Positions 21,862-32,916 of a DNA stretch of 64,000 nucleotides are shown in pieces. How positions within the stretch are numbered: position 1 is the stretch's first letter; every line of letters begins with the position of its first letter. Position numbers and translations under genes: made by a program. A model generated the notes under the pieces. That model was given only the letters and a program-made list of their open reading frames with translations, was not told the DNA's origin and did no database searches. Origin of the DNA: an uncultured cyanobacterium (GTDB lineage Bacteria > Cyanobacteriota > Cyanobacteriia > Cyanobacteriales > Microcystaceae); NCBI GenBank assembly GCA_963807635.1, contig CAWEDJ010000073.1, positions 74,037 to 138,036 on the forward strand, in the 5' to 3' direction.

Positions 21862-23214
21862 ATGGTATCTGCTCCGATTGTCGCGCTGGCTCAAGAATCT
21901 GCTCACCATGTTTTGACGATCGCTCCTCCTCCAACGGGATTATCTCTACAGGGAACCATTCATATTCCAGGGGATAAATCCATTTCTCACCGCGCTCTGA
22001 TGTTGGGGGCGATCGCGGAAGGAGAGACAGTGGTTGAGGGGTTATTGCTGGGTGAAGATCCCCGCAGTACTGCCAGTTGTTTTCAGGCAATGGGAGCCAA
22101 GATTTCAACTTTAAATAGTGAAAGAGTGATTATTCAGGGGATTGGCCTCGGTAAACTTCAGGAACCGACGGATATTCTCAATGCGGGCAATTCGGGGACG
22201 ACGATGCGCTTGATGTTGGGACTTTTGGCCTCCCATGCGGGAAAATTTTTCACCGTAACAGGAGACCATTCCTTGCGATCGCGGCCCATGTCCCGTGTGA
22301 TTAAACCCTTGCAACAAATGGGGGCGCAAATCTGGGGAAGACAGCAAAACACTCTCGCTCCCTTAGCGATTCAGGGGCAATCCCTCAAATCCATTCATTA
22401 TCAGTCTCCGATCGCCTCTGCCCAGGTTAAATCCTGTATTTTACTCGCGGGATTAATGACGGACGGAGAAACAACGGTAACGGAACCCGCCCTTTCCCGT
22501 GACCATAGTGAACGAATGTTGCAAGCCTTTGGAGCCAAATTAACCATTGAGCCAGAGACTCACAGTGTCACGATTTTCGGAAGAGCTAAATTAGAAGGAC
22601 AGACCGTCATTGTCCCTGGGGATATCAGTTCCGCCGCTTTTTGGCTAGTGGCCGCCTCCATTGTGCCAGATTCAGAATTGTTGATTGAAAACGTGGGCGT
22701 TAATCCCACTCGGACTGGTGTTTTAGAAGCATTAGCACAAATGGGAGCCGATATTACCCTAGAAAATTCGCGCTTGGTGACGGGGGAACCTGTAGCCGAT
22801 TTACGGGTCAAATCCAGTAAACTTAAAGCCTGCACGATCAAGGGAGATATTATTCCGCGACTGATTGATGAGATTCCCATTCTGGCCGTGGCGGCGGCCT
22901 TTGCTGAGGGAACGACCCGTATTCAAGATGCGGCAGAACTCAGGGTCAAGGAAAGTGATCGCCTAGCGGTCATGGCCAAGGAATTGGGTAAAATGGGAGC
23001 AAAGATCACCGAATTTGCCGATGGACTCGAAATTCAAGGCGGATTTTCCTTAACAGGAGCCGAAGTGGATAGTGATACCGATCATCGCATTGCCATGAGT
23101 CTGGCGATCGCAGCCCTCCAAGCCAAAGGAGAAACCGCGATCCATCGAGCAGAAGCAGCGGCCATTTCCTATCCGACTTTTGTTGAAACCCTCAAAAAGA
23201 TTTGCCAATCTTGA
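21862..23214 (+). CDS. aroA: EPSP synthase
   Basis: [46 protein letters not shown]. Confidence 0.97.
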   Translation: MVSAPIVALAQESAHHVLTIAPPPTGLSLQGTIHIPGDKSISHRALMLGAIAEGETVVEGLLLGEDPRSTASCFQAMGAKISTLNSERVIIQGIGLGKLQEPTDILNAGNSGTTMRLMLGLLASHAGKFFTVTGDHSLRSRPMSRVIKPLQQMGAQIWGRQQNTLAPLAIQGQSLKSIHYQSPIASAQVKSCILLAGLMTDGETTVTEPALSRDHSERMLQAFGAKLTIEPETHSVTIFGRAKLEGQTVIVPGDISSAAFWLVAASIVPDSELLIENVGVNPTRTGVLEALAQMGADITLENSRLVTGEPVADLRVKSSKLKACTIKGDIIPRLIDEIPILAVAAAFAEGTTRIQDAAELRVKESDRLAVMAKELGKMGAKITEFADGLEIQGGFSLTGAEVDSDTDHRIAMSLAIAALQAKGETAIHRAEAAAISYPTFVETLKKICQS

Positions 23215-23388
23215 CGAATCTCCCTAAAGTTGTCACAATCTGTAGTCAACAGAATAAAATCCGTTTGTATTTGCAAATTTTTTAGCTTTTCCCCAAGTCA
23301 TTGTCCATCTAATAATAGAAACAAGTAATGGAAACGAAACTTTTTATTGGATGTATTTTTAATTGAAACATTCATCGGTGGAGATTAG

Positions 23389-24621
23389 ATGATTACCCCT
23401 CAAATCAGAAATAGTATATTAAATCAGGCTTCTTCGTCGGAATTTAAGCATTATCGAATTGTTCATCTATCTAAATACTATCCACCCGATAGGGGAGGCA
23501 TCGAAAGTTATATTCAAACCCTAGCGAGAACTCAATCTTTGCTCGGAGCAGATGTCCATGTCCTCTGTGTTAATACGTTTGGGAATAATAAAGAACCTTT
23601 AACAACAAGAACTCACACTAAGCATGAATTGGATATGGGCGTAAAAGTTACCAGGGTCGGTCGTCTTTTTTCATTAATGCGCTTTGATTTTTGTCGAGGA
23701 TTAATTCATGAAATACAGAATTTAATTCAAGAACCCAACACAATACTTCATCTTCATACTCCTAATCCAACCATGCTTTTGGCTTTGTCTATTTTATTGA
23801 GCGTGAAGAAAGATATTCCCCTCGTTATTACTCATCATAGTGACATCATTAAACAAAAAATTTTAAAATTTGCAGTGCGTCCTTTGGAATATTATATTTA
23901 TCAAAAAAGTTCCCTGACTCTTGCAACTTCATCTAACTATATTGAAGGATCAAAATTCCTGAGAGCTTTTCGTAAAAAATTAAATTACGCCCCCTTAGTT
24001 TCAGATATTGATAAATATAAAAAACCTCACAAAAATGCTCTCGAATTTGGTCAATCTTTAAAAGAAAAATATGGAGATACAATTTGGTTATCCGTTGGTA
24101 GACTAGTTTATTATAAGGGACTCAATATAGCGATTCAAGCTTTGCAAAAAGTGCAAGGAACTTTAATTATCATTGGGATTGGGCCGTTAGAAAAAGAATT
24201 AAAAACCCTAGTCAAAAATCTAGGTTTAGAGCATAGGGTTGTTTGGTTAGGGAATTTAACGGAAGATGAATTGATTGGTGCCTATTATGCAGCAAAGGCT
24301 CTTTGGTTTCCCTCTAATGCCCGCAGTGAAGCGTTCGGTTTAGTACAGGTTGAAGCAATGGCCTGTGGTTGTCCAGTGATTAATACGAACATTGCTTCTA
24401 GTGGCGTTCCCTGGGTCAGTCGTCATGAGAAAGAGGCTTTGACTGTTGTTCCTAACAATCCCATTGCTTTTTCCGATGCGGCCAATCGTTTGCTATCAGA
24501 ACCCCATTTGCGCGATCGCCTATCGATAGCGGGTCTTCATAGAAGTGACGACTTTAGTTCTCTTAACGTCACTCGTCGAATTTTTGATTTTTATGGGAAA
24601 GTTTTATCCCAAAAAAATTAA
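23389..24621 (+). CDS. GT4 family glycosyltransferase
   Basis: KYYPPDRGGIE, VGRLVYYKG, EAFGLVQVEAMACG. Confidence 0.92.
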   Translation: MITPQIRNSILNQASSSEFKHYRIVHLSKYYPPDRGGIESYIQTLARTQSLLGADVHVLCVNTFGNNKEPLTTRTHTKHELDMGVKVTRVGRLFSLMRFDFCRGLIHEIQNLIQEPNTILHLHTPNPTMLLALSILLSVKKDIPLVITHHSDIIKQKILKFAVRPLEYYIYQKSSLTLATSSNYIEGSKFLRAFRKKLNYAPLVSDIDKYKKPHKNALEFGQSLKEKYGDTIWLSVGRLVYYKGLNIAIQALQKVQGTLIIIGIGPLEKELKTLVKNLGLEHRVVWLGNLTEDELIGAYYAAKALWFPSNARSEAFGLVQVEAMACGCPVINTNIASSGVPWVSRHEKEALTVVPNNPIAFSDAANRLLSEPHLRDRLSIAGLHRSDDFSSLNVTRRIFDFYGKVLSQKN

Positions 24622-25430
24622 ATCAACTTACTTGTTCTTAACCAGAAAATAACGACTCGACGAAAATATTTGATCAGCGACCATATCCAATAAAAATAAA
24701 GTTCTAGCGTAGAAATATAGCGAGAACGCCAAATGATTTGGTAGGCTTTTAGTTGAGCTTTTTCCATCGCCCAGAGGTCACCAGACATTCCTTCTTTAGC
24801 AAATTCAGGTTTAAAAAAATAGGCGAGGGGTGCGTCTAGAAAGACAATTTTACGATCATCAAATAAAGTTTTAAGAATCAGCAAATAGTCTTCTGAATGT
24901 CGTGTAATTTCAGTATAATTTTGAACATCAGAAGCTTTAAATAGCCAACTTGAAGTCAGAACTTTACAAGAAATGAGTAGTTCATTCCGAGAAACGAAAT
25001 GGGACTGAACTGAATTGGGAATAGAATCGTAGGGAGGAACGGATTCTGGCTTTGTTACCAAAATAAGATGTCCCGAAAGGCTAACGTCAGGATGAGCTTC
25101 CATCCAGGAATATTGAATTTTAAGTTTGTCAGGATGCCAACCATCATCTGCATCTAAAAACGCAATATAGGGTTGGGATGCGATCGCTCTGCCTTGGTTA
25201 CGAGATTCTCCTGGCCCCTTATTTTGGGTCAAGTTCACTACTTTGATAAAGTCTTTTCCGTATTGTTTTTGTAAGGCGAATAATTCCCCTAAGGTATGAT
25301 CTGGACTCGCATCATTCACTAAAATCACTTCGACCGGTGGAAGACTTTGCTGAAAAACGGACTGGACGGCTCGCCCAATGGTTTTACTACAACAATAACA
25401 AGGAATGATCACACTAACGGGAGCTTGCAT
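24618..25430 (-). CDS. GT2 family glycosyltransferase
   Basis: VSVIIPCY, VNDASPD, FLDADD, EDY. Confidence 0.9.
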   Translation of the reverse strand: MQAPVSVIIPCYCCSKTIGRAVQSVFQQSLPPVEVILVNDASPDHTLGELFALQKQYGKDFIKVVNLTQNKGPGESRNQGRAIASQPYIAFLDADDGWHPDKLKIQYSWMEAHPDVSLSGHLILVTKPESVPPYDSIPNSVQSHFVSRNELLISCKVLTSSWLFKASDVQNYTEITRHSEDYLLILKTLFDDRKIVFLDAPLAYFFKPEFAKEGMSGDLWAMEKAQLKAYQIIWRSRYISTLELYFYWIWSLIKYFRRVVIFWLRTSKLI

Positions 25431-26301
25431 ACTTTCGTTCCTCAATCCATTGCCATAATCCCAAAAATTCTAAAACATAATGGATTGTGATAGTTATCAG
25501 GGAATAAAACCCTAATCTTAAACTTTTGAGAGGAGAAATCAATCGATAACGTAGGCGAATCTGGGTACTTTCTAGCTCATTTGCGTAGTAATTACCCGAA
25601 ACCCCCCTGGGTTCAACAGTGGTCAGAACATTATCAATTAATTCAAAAGAGACCTGATTGCTATAACAGCGACAAAGAAAATCAAAGTCACTGGCAATCC
25701 GAAAATTCAAATCAAATAATCCCAATTGTTCATAAATATCACGACTGACAAAAACGGAAGCATGGGGAAGCATTTTACTGGGTAACTGTTGGGGGCGAAC
25801 AAATTCAATATAACCTTCTGATGAATTTTTTTTCAGGGTTTGACAATGCCCCACAAAAATAGAGGGTTTCGAGGTAGATTGCCAAGCCTTAGACAGCCTT
25901 TCTAGGGTATGGGGTTCATGGCGATCGCCCGCATTGAGCAGACAAATCAGATGGCCATGACTGAGAGCAATTCCTTTATTCATGGCATCGTATAGTCCTA
26001 AATCGGGTTCACTCCGCCAATGACTCAGTTTGGCATCATATTGTTCGACAATTGCTAGGGTTTTGTCGGTACTGCCGCCGTCAATCACAATATATTCCAG
26101 ATAGGGATAATTTTGAATAAAAACGCTTTGAAGGGTTTCCTCTAGGGAGGCTTCAGCGTTGAATACAACTGTAATCACGGTAATCAAAGGCATCCCGATG
26201 GGAAGACTCTCCAAAGTGGTGATGGGAGATTTTCCTCCTTGGCGTTGCGCTGGGTGTCTTTGGATCTGCTCTCGATATTGTTCAATAGTGGGAACAAGCA
26301 T
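25414..26301 (-). CDS. GT2 family glycosyltransferase
   Basis: ITVITVVFN, IDGGSTD, SEPDLGLYDAMNKG, LNAGD. Confidence 0.9.
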   Translation of the reverse strand: MLVPTIEQYREQIQRHPAQRQGGKSPITTLESLPIGMPLITVITVVFNAEASLEETLQSVFIQNYPYLEYIVIDGGSTDKTLAIVEQYDAKLSHWRSEPDLGLYDAMNKGIALSHGHLICLLNAGDRHEPHTLERLSKAWQSTSKPSIFVGHCQTLKKNSSEGYIEFVRPQQLPSKMLPHASVFVSRDIYEQLGLFDLNFRIASDFDFLCRCYSNQVSFELIDNVLTTVEPRGVSGNYYANELESTQIRLRYRLISPLKSLRLGFYSLITITIHYVLEFLGLWQWIEERKYASSR

Positions 26302-26680
26302 GAAGAAAGTTACAGTTATTGCGAAGAAATTGCGAAAAATAAGACTTTTTTGAACCAAGAGTAAATATATTACAAAAGATGCTGATTCGTCTAGGCTTTA
26401 TATTTCTGTCTCCCTGCTAGAAAAGGTGAAGTAATGTCTTGATAACCCCATCAATTGATATTGATTACGCTTTAGGATTGCACCTTTAAGGGTAATTTTC
26501 AGGTACTAGCTTAATTCACGGATTAACTCCTAGAAGTGTATTATATGGAGGACTATTTTGCTAACCCTTGATTCCTATTCGGTGAGATCTAAAATTCTCT
26601 AAAAGTTAGTTTTTAGCGATATTGGTAGGAAGATAGTGTAAACTCTAGCTAAATTGTGGGGTGAGCATTAACTAAAACTG

Positions 26681-28045
26681 ATGGAAAAAATGGGTAAAAT
26701 TTCGGTTATTGATAGAATTCGTTTGGGTGTCGCGGTTGCTGTCGCTAAAACCGTCACGGCGATCGTGCGATCGCTGAATTTGGGAGCGGCCAGTGTGTTA
26801 CCAGGCGAAATTGCCCGTCGTCTCCATCCCCGTCTATTGACGTTACTCTCGCAACAGGTCAAACAGGGCGTGATTTTAGTCGTGGGAACCAATGGCAAAA
26901 CGACGACTTCCCTCCTATTGCGAACGATTTTAGACAATCAAGGCTTTAAAGTTACCCACAACATTACGGGGGCCAATTTAATCAATGGGCTAATTACGGC
27001 CTTATTGGCAGATACCAATTTAATTGGTCAACTCAACACCGATTTTGCCATTTTAGAAGTCGATGAAAATATTTTGCCTCTGCTGTTAAAAGAATGTCAG
27101 CCCCGCGCCATTTTGGCGTTAAATCTCTTCCGTGACCAATTGGATCGTTATGGGGAAGTTGATACCATTAGTCGCCGTTGGCAAACCGCGATCGCGCCCC
27201 TACCCCAGGAAACCCTGATTGTCGTCAATGCCGATGACCCGACCCTTTCCCATTTTGGACAACAATTAACCCAGACTGTCCGTTATTTTGGACTAAGTGA
27301 GCCGAAATTATATTTAGAAGAAATCCCACACGCCGTAGATTCTATTTATTGCCCTAATTGCGGTCATCCTCTGGATTATCGCGGAGTTTATCTATCCCAT
27401 CTAGGAGATTTTACCTGCCCTAGTTGTGGCTTTAGTAAGAGTCAACCCGCTTTTCATAGTAGTGAATGGCCCCAAATCCTCATCGGGGTTTACAACAAAT
27501 ACAATACCCTCGCGGCGGGATTGGTTGCAAAGGAACTCGGTGTCACCAACGAAGCAATTTTTAATAATATCAAAACCTTCAAAGCCGCCTTTGGTCGTGC
27601 CGAAGAGTTAACCATTGAGGGAAAGCACGTCCGCATTTTGCTCTCCAAAAATCCTGTGGGTATGAACGAAACGATTCGGGCAGTTAATGAGATTAAGGAG
27701 CAAGGCAAATCTTCCGTCACTCTCCTAGTCCTCAATGACCGCATTCCCGATGGTACCGATGTCTCCTGGATTTGGGACGTGGATACGGAGCAACTGGTCA
27801 AATTGGGCGGAACCTTTGTCGTTAGTGGCGATCGCATTTATGACATGGCTCTGCGTTTGCAGTATAGCCGTGAAGCCTTAGACGAGAGTGAGCATCCGTT
27901 TAAGTTAATTCTAGAAGAAAATTTAGAAAAAGCGATTCAAATTGCCCTAAAAGAAAGTCCTATCGATGAAACCCTGCATATTATCCCGACCTATTCCGCC
28001 ATGTTAGAAGTCCGAGGGCTATTAACAGGACAAAAAATCTTGTAA
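26681..28045 (+). CDS. murT: MurT-like Mur ligase (DUF1727), lipid II amidation subunit
   Basis: GTNGKTTT, NLFRDQLDRYGE, CPNC/CPSC, LSKNPVG, DGTDVSWIWD, TYSAML. Confidence 0.88.
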   Translation: MEKMGKISVIDRIRLGVAVAVAKTVTAIVRSLNLGAASVLPGEIARRLHPRLLTLLSQQVKQGVILVVGTNGKTTTSLLLRTILDNQGFKVTHNITGANLINGLITALLADTNLIGQLNTDFAILEVDENILPLLLKECQPRAILALNLFRDQLDRYGEVDTISRRWQTAIAPLPQETLIVVNADDPTLSHFGQQLTQTVRYFGLSEPKLYLEEIPHAVDSIYCPNCGHPLDYRGVYLSHLGDFTCPSCGFSKSQPAFHSSEWPQILIGVYNKYNTLAAGLVAKELGVTNEAIFNNIKTFKAAFGRAEELTIEGKHVRILLSKNPVGMNETIRAVNEIKEQGKSSVTLLVLNDRIPDGTDVSWIWDVDTEQLVKLGGTFVVSGDRIYDMALRLQYSREALDESEHPFKLILEENLEKAIQIALKESPIDETLHIIPTYSAMLEVRGLLTGQKIL

Positions 28046-28284
28046 CGGTTTATCCAAATATTGGAGAAAATGCGATCGCCCTTTGAGATAGAGTTGAAAA
28101 CAGGCATTCATAAAGAATTTCTATCCCATTCCCTCAAATTAGCAATCGGTGAAATGTCAGGAATAATTTGGTAGAATCCCAGACCAGGCTATACTAAGCT
28201 TAAAAATTTGTTTACAATCTTTAGTGGTCGCAAATACAGACCATAACAAAAAATTGCTCGTCGTAAATTCATCCCATCGGTAAT

Positions 28285-29401
28285 ATGAACGCAGGAATTG
28301 ACCTTAGAAGTAGTTTTATTGAAACCCTCACCAGTTTGGGACTGCCCTTGGGCGTTTCCCAGGCTTTTTGGATTCCCCTCCCCTCTATTTTGATGATTAT
28401 TGGGGCAACCGTCGGCGTACTGGTGGTAGTTTGGTTAGAGAGAAAAATTTCTGCGGCGGCTCAACAGCGCATTGGCCCAATTTGCAGGCCCTTTAGGCGT
28501 TTTACAGCCCGTTGCCGATGGGATGAAATTAGTCTTCAAAGAAGATGTCGTCCCCGCTAAAGCCGATCCCTGGTTATTTACCCTCGGCCCCGTTTTAGTC
28601 GTCATGCCCGTGTTTTTGTCCTACCTCATCATTCCCTTTGGGCAAAATTTAGTCATTACCGACCTGAATGTTGGGATTTTTCTGTGGATTTCCCTTTCTA
28701 GCATCGCGCCCATTGGTTTATTGATGTCGGGTTATTCCTCGAATAATAAATACTCCCTTTTAGGCGGGCTCAGGGCGGCGGCTCAATCCATCAGTTACGA
28801 AATTCCCCTCGCTCTTGCCGTTCTCGCGATCGTGATGATGTCCAATAGCATGAGTACCATTGACATTGTTCACCAACAATCGGGCTATGGCATTCTCGGC
28901 TGGAATGTTTGGCGACAACCCGTTGGGTTTATTATTTTTTGGATCTCCGCCTTAGCCGAATGTGAACGCTTACCCTTTGATTTACCTGAAGCAGAAGAAG
29001 AACTCGTCGCGGGCTATCAAACCGAATATGCAGGCATGAAATTTGGTTTATTTTATGTCGGTTCCTACGTCAATTTGGTTTTGTCTGCGCTGGTTTTTGC
29101 CATTCTCTATTTAGGTGGTTGGGAATTTCCTATTCCCTTGGATAAATTAGCCAGTTGGCTGGGTATCAGTGAAACCGAAGCTTGGTTACAGATTGTTACT
29201 GCGGCCTTGGGAGTCACCATGACTATCCTTAAAGCCTACTTTTTAATCTTTATTGCCATTCTCCTACGCTGGACAGTTCCCCGTGTACGAATTGATCAAT
29301 TGTTAAATTTGGGCTGGAAATTTCTGTTGCCCGTTTCTTTAGCCAATTTATTAATTACGGCTGCTTTGAAACTTGCCTTTCCCGTCGCCTTTGGTGGTTA
29401 A
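28285..29401 (+). CDS. ndhA: NDH-1 subunit A (frameshift ~28478)
   Basis: [52 protein letters not shown]. Confidence 0.96.
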
Positions 29402-29434
29402 TTGTTAAATTTCATCTAATTCAAGACAAATCCT

Positions 29435-30010
29435 ATGTTTAAAATTCTCAAACAAGTCAGCGATTACGCGAAAGACACCTTCCAAGCGGCTAAATATATC
29501 GGGGAAGGTCTGGCGGTTACTTTTGATCACATGGGTCGTCGTCCTGTTACAGTCCAGTATCCCTACGAAAAGTTGATTCCCTCGGAGCGGTTTCGGGGAC
29601 GAATTCATTTTGAGTTTGATAAATGTATCGCCTGTGAAGTTTGTGTTCGGGTTTGCCCCATTAATTTACCCGTCGTCGATTGGGAATTTAATAAACAAAT
29701 CAAGAAAAAAGAACTCAAACATTACAGTATTGATTTCGGGGTTTGTATTTTTTGCGGTAATTGTGTGGAATATTGCCCGACGAATTGCCTGTCCATGACG
29801 GAAGAATATGAACTCGCGACCTACGATCGCCATGAGTTGAATTATGATAATGTCGCCCTTGGCCGTTTACCCTATAAGGTTACGCAAGATCCGATGGTTA
29901 CTCCTCTACGAGAATTGGGCTATTTACCCAAGGGCGTGATTGAACCCCATGATCTGCCTGTGGGTAGCCAGCGATCGGGAAAAAGACCCGAAGAATTGAT
30001 CCCCGAATAA
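29435..30010 (+). CDS. ndhI: NDH-1 subunit I
   Basis: [12 protein letters not shown] and [12 protein letters not shown] 4Fe-4S motifs. Confidence 0.97.
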   Translation: MFKILKQVSDYAKDTFQAAKYIGEGLAVTFDHMGRRPVTVQYPYEKLIPSERFRGRIHFEFDKCIACEVCVRVCPINLPVVDWEFNKQIKKKELKHYSIDFGVCIFCGNCVEYCPTNCLSMTEEYELATYDRHELNYDNVALGRLPYKVTQDPMVTPLRELGYLPKGVIEPHDLPVGSQRSGKRPEELIPE

Positions 30011-30063
30011 ATCGTAGTTAATCATAAATCTTAAAATTCAAATTTCTTGAGGAGATAACGAGC

Positions 30064-30663
30064 GTGAATTTAGCAGAAGGTGTGCAGGTTGTATCTTTCG
30101 GGGTTCTGTCCTTGATGGTGCTGGGGACAGCGTTAGGGGTTGTGTTGCTCTCCAACATCGTTTATTCCGCTTTTCTGTTGGGCGGCGTTTTCATTAGTAT
30201 TTCAGGGATTTATATTCTGTTGAATGCAGATTTCGTGGCCGCGGCCCAGATTTTGGTCTATGTCGGCGCGGTGAATGTCTTAATTCTCTTTGCGATTATG
30301 CTGGTCAATAAAAAAGAGGATTTTTCTGAATTACCGAGACGTTGGATACGCAAAGCCGCCACCGCTTTAGTTTGTGTGGGTTTATTTGCTCTTCTATCTA
30401 CGATGGTTTTGATTACCCCCTGGGCGATCGCACCCCAACCCGAAATTCCTTTAGCTAACACCATTGTGACCATTGGCAAACATTTATTTAGTGACTTTTT
30501 GTTGCCTTTTGAAATAGCTTCCGTATTGCTTTTGATGGCGATGGTCGGGGCGATTATTCTGGCTCGTCGGGACTTCATTCCTGAACTGCCTGTAGAAGAA
30601 CCGATCGCAACGGCGTTGACCTTACCTGAGCGTCCCCGTGAGTTAATTAAGAGTGAAAAATAA
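30064..30663 (+). CDS. ndhG: NDH-1 subunit G
   Basis: NIVYSAFLL, QILVYVGAVNVLILFAIML, LPFEIASVLLL. Confidence 0.96.
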   Translation: MNLAEGVQVVSFGVLSLMVLGTALGVVLLSNIVYSAFLLGGVFISISGIYILLNADFVAAAQILVYVGAVNVLILFAIMLVNKKEDFSELPRRWIRKAATALVCVGLFALLSTMVLITPWAIAPQPEIPLANTIVTIGKHLFSDFLLPFEIASVLLLMAMVGAIILARRDFIPELPVEEPIATALTLPERPRELIKSEK

Positions 30664-30703
30664 TCGCTAATCCTTACTAAAAAAAAATTAAAGAGGTTTT
30701 TTT

Positions 30704-31015
30704 ATGCACCTACAACTGGAATATTGCTTAATCCTAGCCGCCGCCCTATTTTGTATTGGCATTTATGGTCTGATTACCAGTCGCAATGCAGTACGAGTTT
30801 TGATGTCGATTGAATTGTTATTGAATGCGGTAAATCTCAATCTGATGGGATTTTCTAATTTTCTTGACCCCGTTGGCATTAAAGGTCAAGTCTTTGCCGT
30901 TTTTGTAATTACGGTCGCGGCGGCGGAAGCGGCGGTGGGATTGGCGATTATTCTGGCGATTTATCGGAATCGAGACACCATTGATATGGAACAGTTTAAT
31001 TTGTTGAAATGGTAG
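30704..31015 (+). CDS. ndhE: NDH-1 subunit E
   Basis: [30 protein letters not shown]. Confidence 0.97.
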   Translation: MHLQLEYCLILAAALFCIGIYGLITSRNAVRVLMSIELLLNAVNLNLMGFSNFLDPVGIKGQVFAVFVITVAAAEAAVGLAIILAIYRNRDTIDMEQFNLLKW

Positions 31016-31165
31016 TTATTTTAGGGGGAGGCGATCGCATTTCTTGCCCTGTCTAGTAAAACGCAATAATCCTAGTAAACTCGAACTAAAACCGAAATTA
31101 ATCGGAAAATCAAAGGAAATAAGAGTATTTCGATCTGTTCGCAACATCCAAAAACACTAGGTATA

Positions 31166-31525
31166 ATGACTTATATTGCGTTTTTTAGGAGACAAGAAAG
31201 TTTGAGAATACCCATCATTGCTGCATTGATCAGCTTAACCCTCAGCTATCCCGCCCTTGCTGGTAGCGCGACTTACTATGGCAGTTCTTTTCATGGGAAA
31301 AAAATGGCCAATGGCAAACGCTATAACCCTAATCACCTGGTCGCCGCCCATCCGAGCTATCCCATCGGCACTCGACTTAGGGTCACTAACCGTAAGACCA
31401 AGCGATCCGTCGTCGTGACTGTCACTGACCGTTGTTCCTGCTCCTTGGATTTAAGTCGAGCCGCTTTCCGACAAATTGGCAGCCTCAAAAAAGGCAGAGT
31501 TCCCGTTTCCGTGACCCGAATTTAA
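31166..31525 (+). CDS. RlpA-like double-psi beta-barrel protein
   Basis: ATYYG..FHGKKMANG, AAHPS, VTDR, LDLSRAAF. Confidence 0.88.
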   Translation: MTYIAFFRRQESLRIPIIAALISLTLSYPALAGSATYYGSSFHGKKMANGKRYNPNHLVAAHPSYPIGTRLRVTNRKTKRSVVVTVTDRCSCSLDLSRAAFRQIGSLKKGRVPVSVTRI

Positions 31526-31634
31526 GGAAGTTGTGTTTTTAAGGGAAGTCCTTATCTCTCAGGGGTTTTGTCCCCACAGGTCTTTCTTGGGAATGTTTGC
31601 ACCGTCTTCAGTTTAAATTGGTATAACCTTTCCT

Positions 31635-32906
31635 ATGCGGCATCATCAATCGGTTCATCGCTTGCTTTTAGACAATGGTATTACGATTCTTTTTGCAGAA
31701 AATCCAGCAGCCGATTTGATCGCAGGGCGAATTTTTCTTAAAAAAGCAGGGGCTTGTTGGGATTCACCGCAAAAAGCAGGTTTATCCCACCTACTAGCCA
31801 CTGTGATTACCAAGGGAACCCAAAAGTTGTCCTCCTTGGAAATTGCAGAAACCGTCGAGTCCATTGGGGCAGGTCTGGGGGCGGATGCCACCAGCGATTA
31901 TTGGATGATTAGCCTCAAAACCGTTTCTTCGGATTTTGCAGCAATTTTATCCTTAGTTGCTGAGATTTTACAACATCCGATCTTTCCTGAAGCTGAAGTT
32001 GAATTAGAAAAGCGTTTAACGTTACAAAGCATTCGTTCCCAAAAAGAACAGCCTTTTAATGTTGCTTATAGTCAACTGAGAGAAGCCATGTATCAGGAGC
32101 ATCCCTACGGGTTTTCGATTTTGGGAACGGAGGAAACCGTTGCTACCCTGACACGGGAAGATTTACTGGCCTATCATCACGCCTATTTTCGACCCGATAA
32201 TATTGTGATTAGTTTATCAGGGCGGATTGTTCTCGATGAGGCAGTTCATCTAATTAAGCAAACCTTTGGGGATTGGCAAATTCCTCCGCGATCGCTGTTT
32301 ACCCCCACCTTACCCACCTTAACCTCTCAACCCACTCAAAGTATTACAGCCAAGGAAACGCAACAATCGATCATTATGTTGGGCTACCTCGGCGCAGGAG
32401 TTAATAGTGAGGATTATGCCGTTTTAAAATTATTGAGTACCTATTTAGGAAATGGGCTTTCTAGTCGTTTATTTGTGGAATTACGAGAAAAACGGGGTTT
32501 AGCCTACGATGTTTCTGCCTTTTATCCGACTCGTTTAGGATTCTCCCAATTTGTCATGTATATGGGAACCGCTCCCGATAATACCGCGATCGCCCTAGAG
32601 GGATTGAGAACGGAAGCCGACCGCCTGAGAAATCAACTTTTAGAAACCGATGAAGTAGAAGCGGCTAAAAATAAATTATTAGGTCAATACGCCTTAGGGA
32701 AACAAACCAATGGGGAAATTGCCCAATTATTCGGTTGGTATGAAACTCTGGGATTGGGAATCGCCTTTGATAGTGATTTTCAAGAAAAAGTAGCCCAAGT
32801 TACCCCAGAAGATATTCAAAGAATTGCCCAAAAATATTTGCAGGAACCCTATTTATCTTTAGTGGGCCCTGCTAATGTTGTTGAGCAATATCGCGGAGAA
32901 TCTTGA
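31635..32906 (+). CDS. M16 peptidase family protein (non-catalytic-type subunit; no HxxEH)
   Basis: GLSHLLATVITKGT, HPYG, SSRLFVELREKRGLAY. Confidence 0.9.
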   Translation: MRHHQSVHRLLLDNGITILFAENPAADLIAGRIFLKKAGACWDSPQKAGLSHLLATVITKGTQKLSSLEIAETVESIGAGLGADATSDYWMISLKTVSSDFAAILSLVAEILQHPIFPEAEVELEKRLTLQSIRSQKEQPFNVAYSQLREAMYQEHPYGFSILGTEETVATLTREDLLAYHHAYFRPDNIVISLSGRIVLDEAVHLIKQTFGDWQIPPRSLFTPTLPTLTSQPTQSITAKETQQSIIMLGYLGAGVNSEDYAVLKLLSTYLGNGLSSRLFVELREKRGLAYDVSAFYPTRLGFSQFVMYMGTAPDNTAIALEGLRTEADRLRNQLLETDEVEAAKNKLLGQYALGKQTNGEIAQLFGWYETLGLGIAFDSDFQEKVAQVTPEDIQRIAQKYLQEPYLSLVGPANVVEQYRGES

Positions 32907-32916
32907 AGCTTACTGT

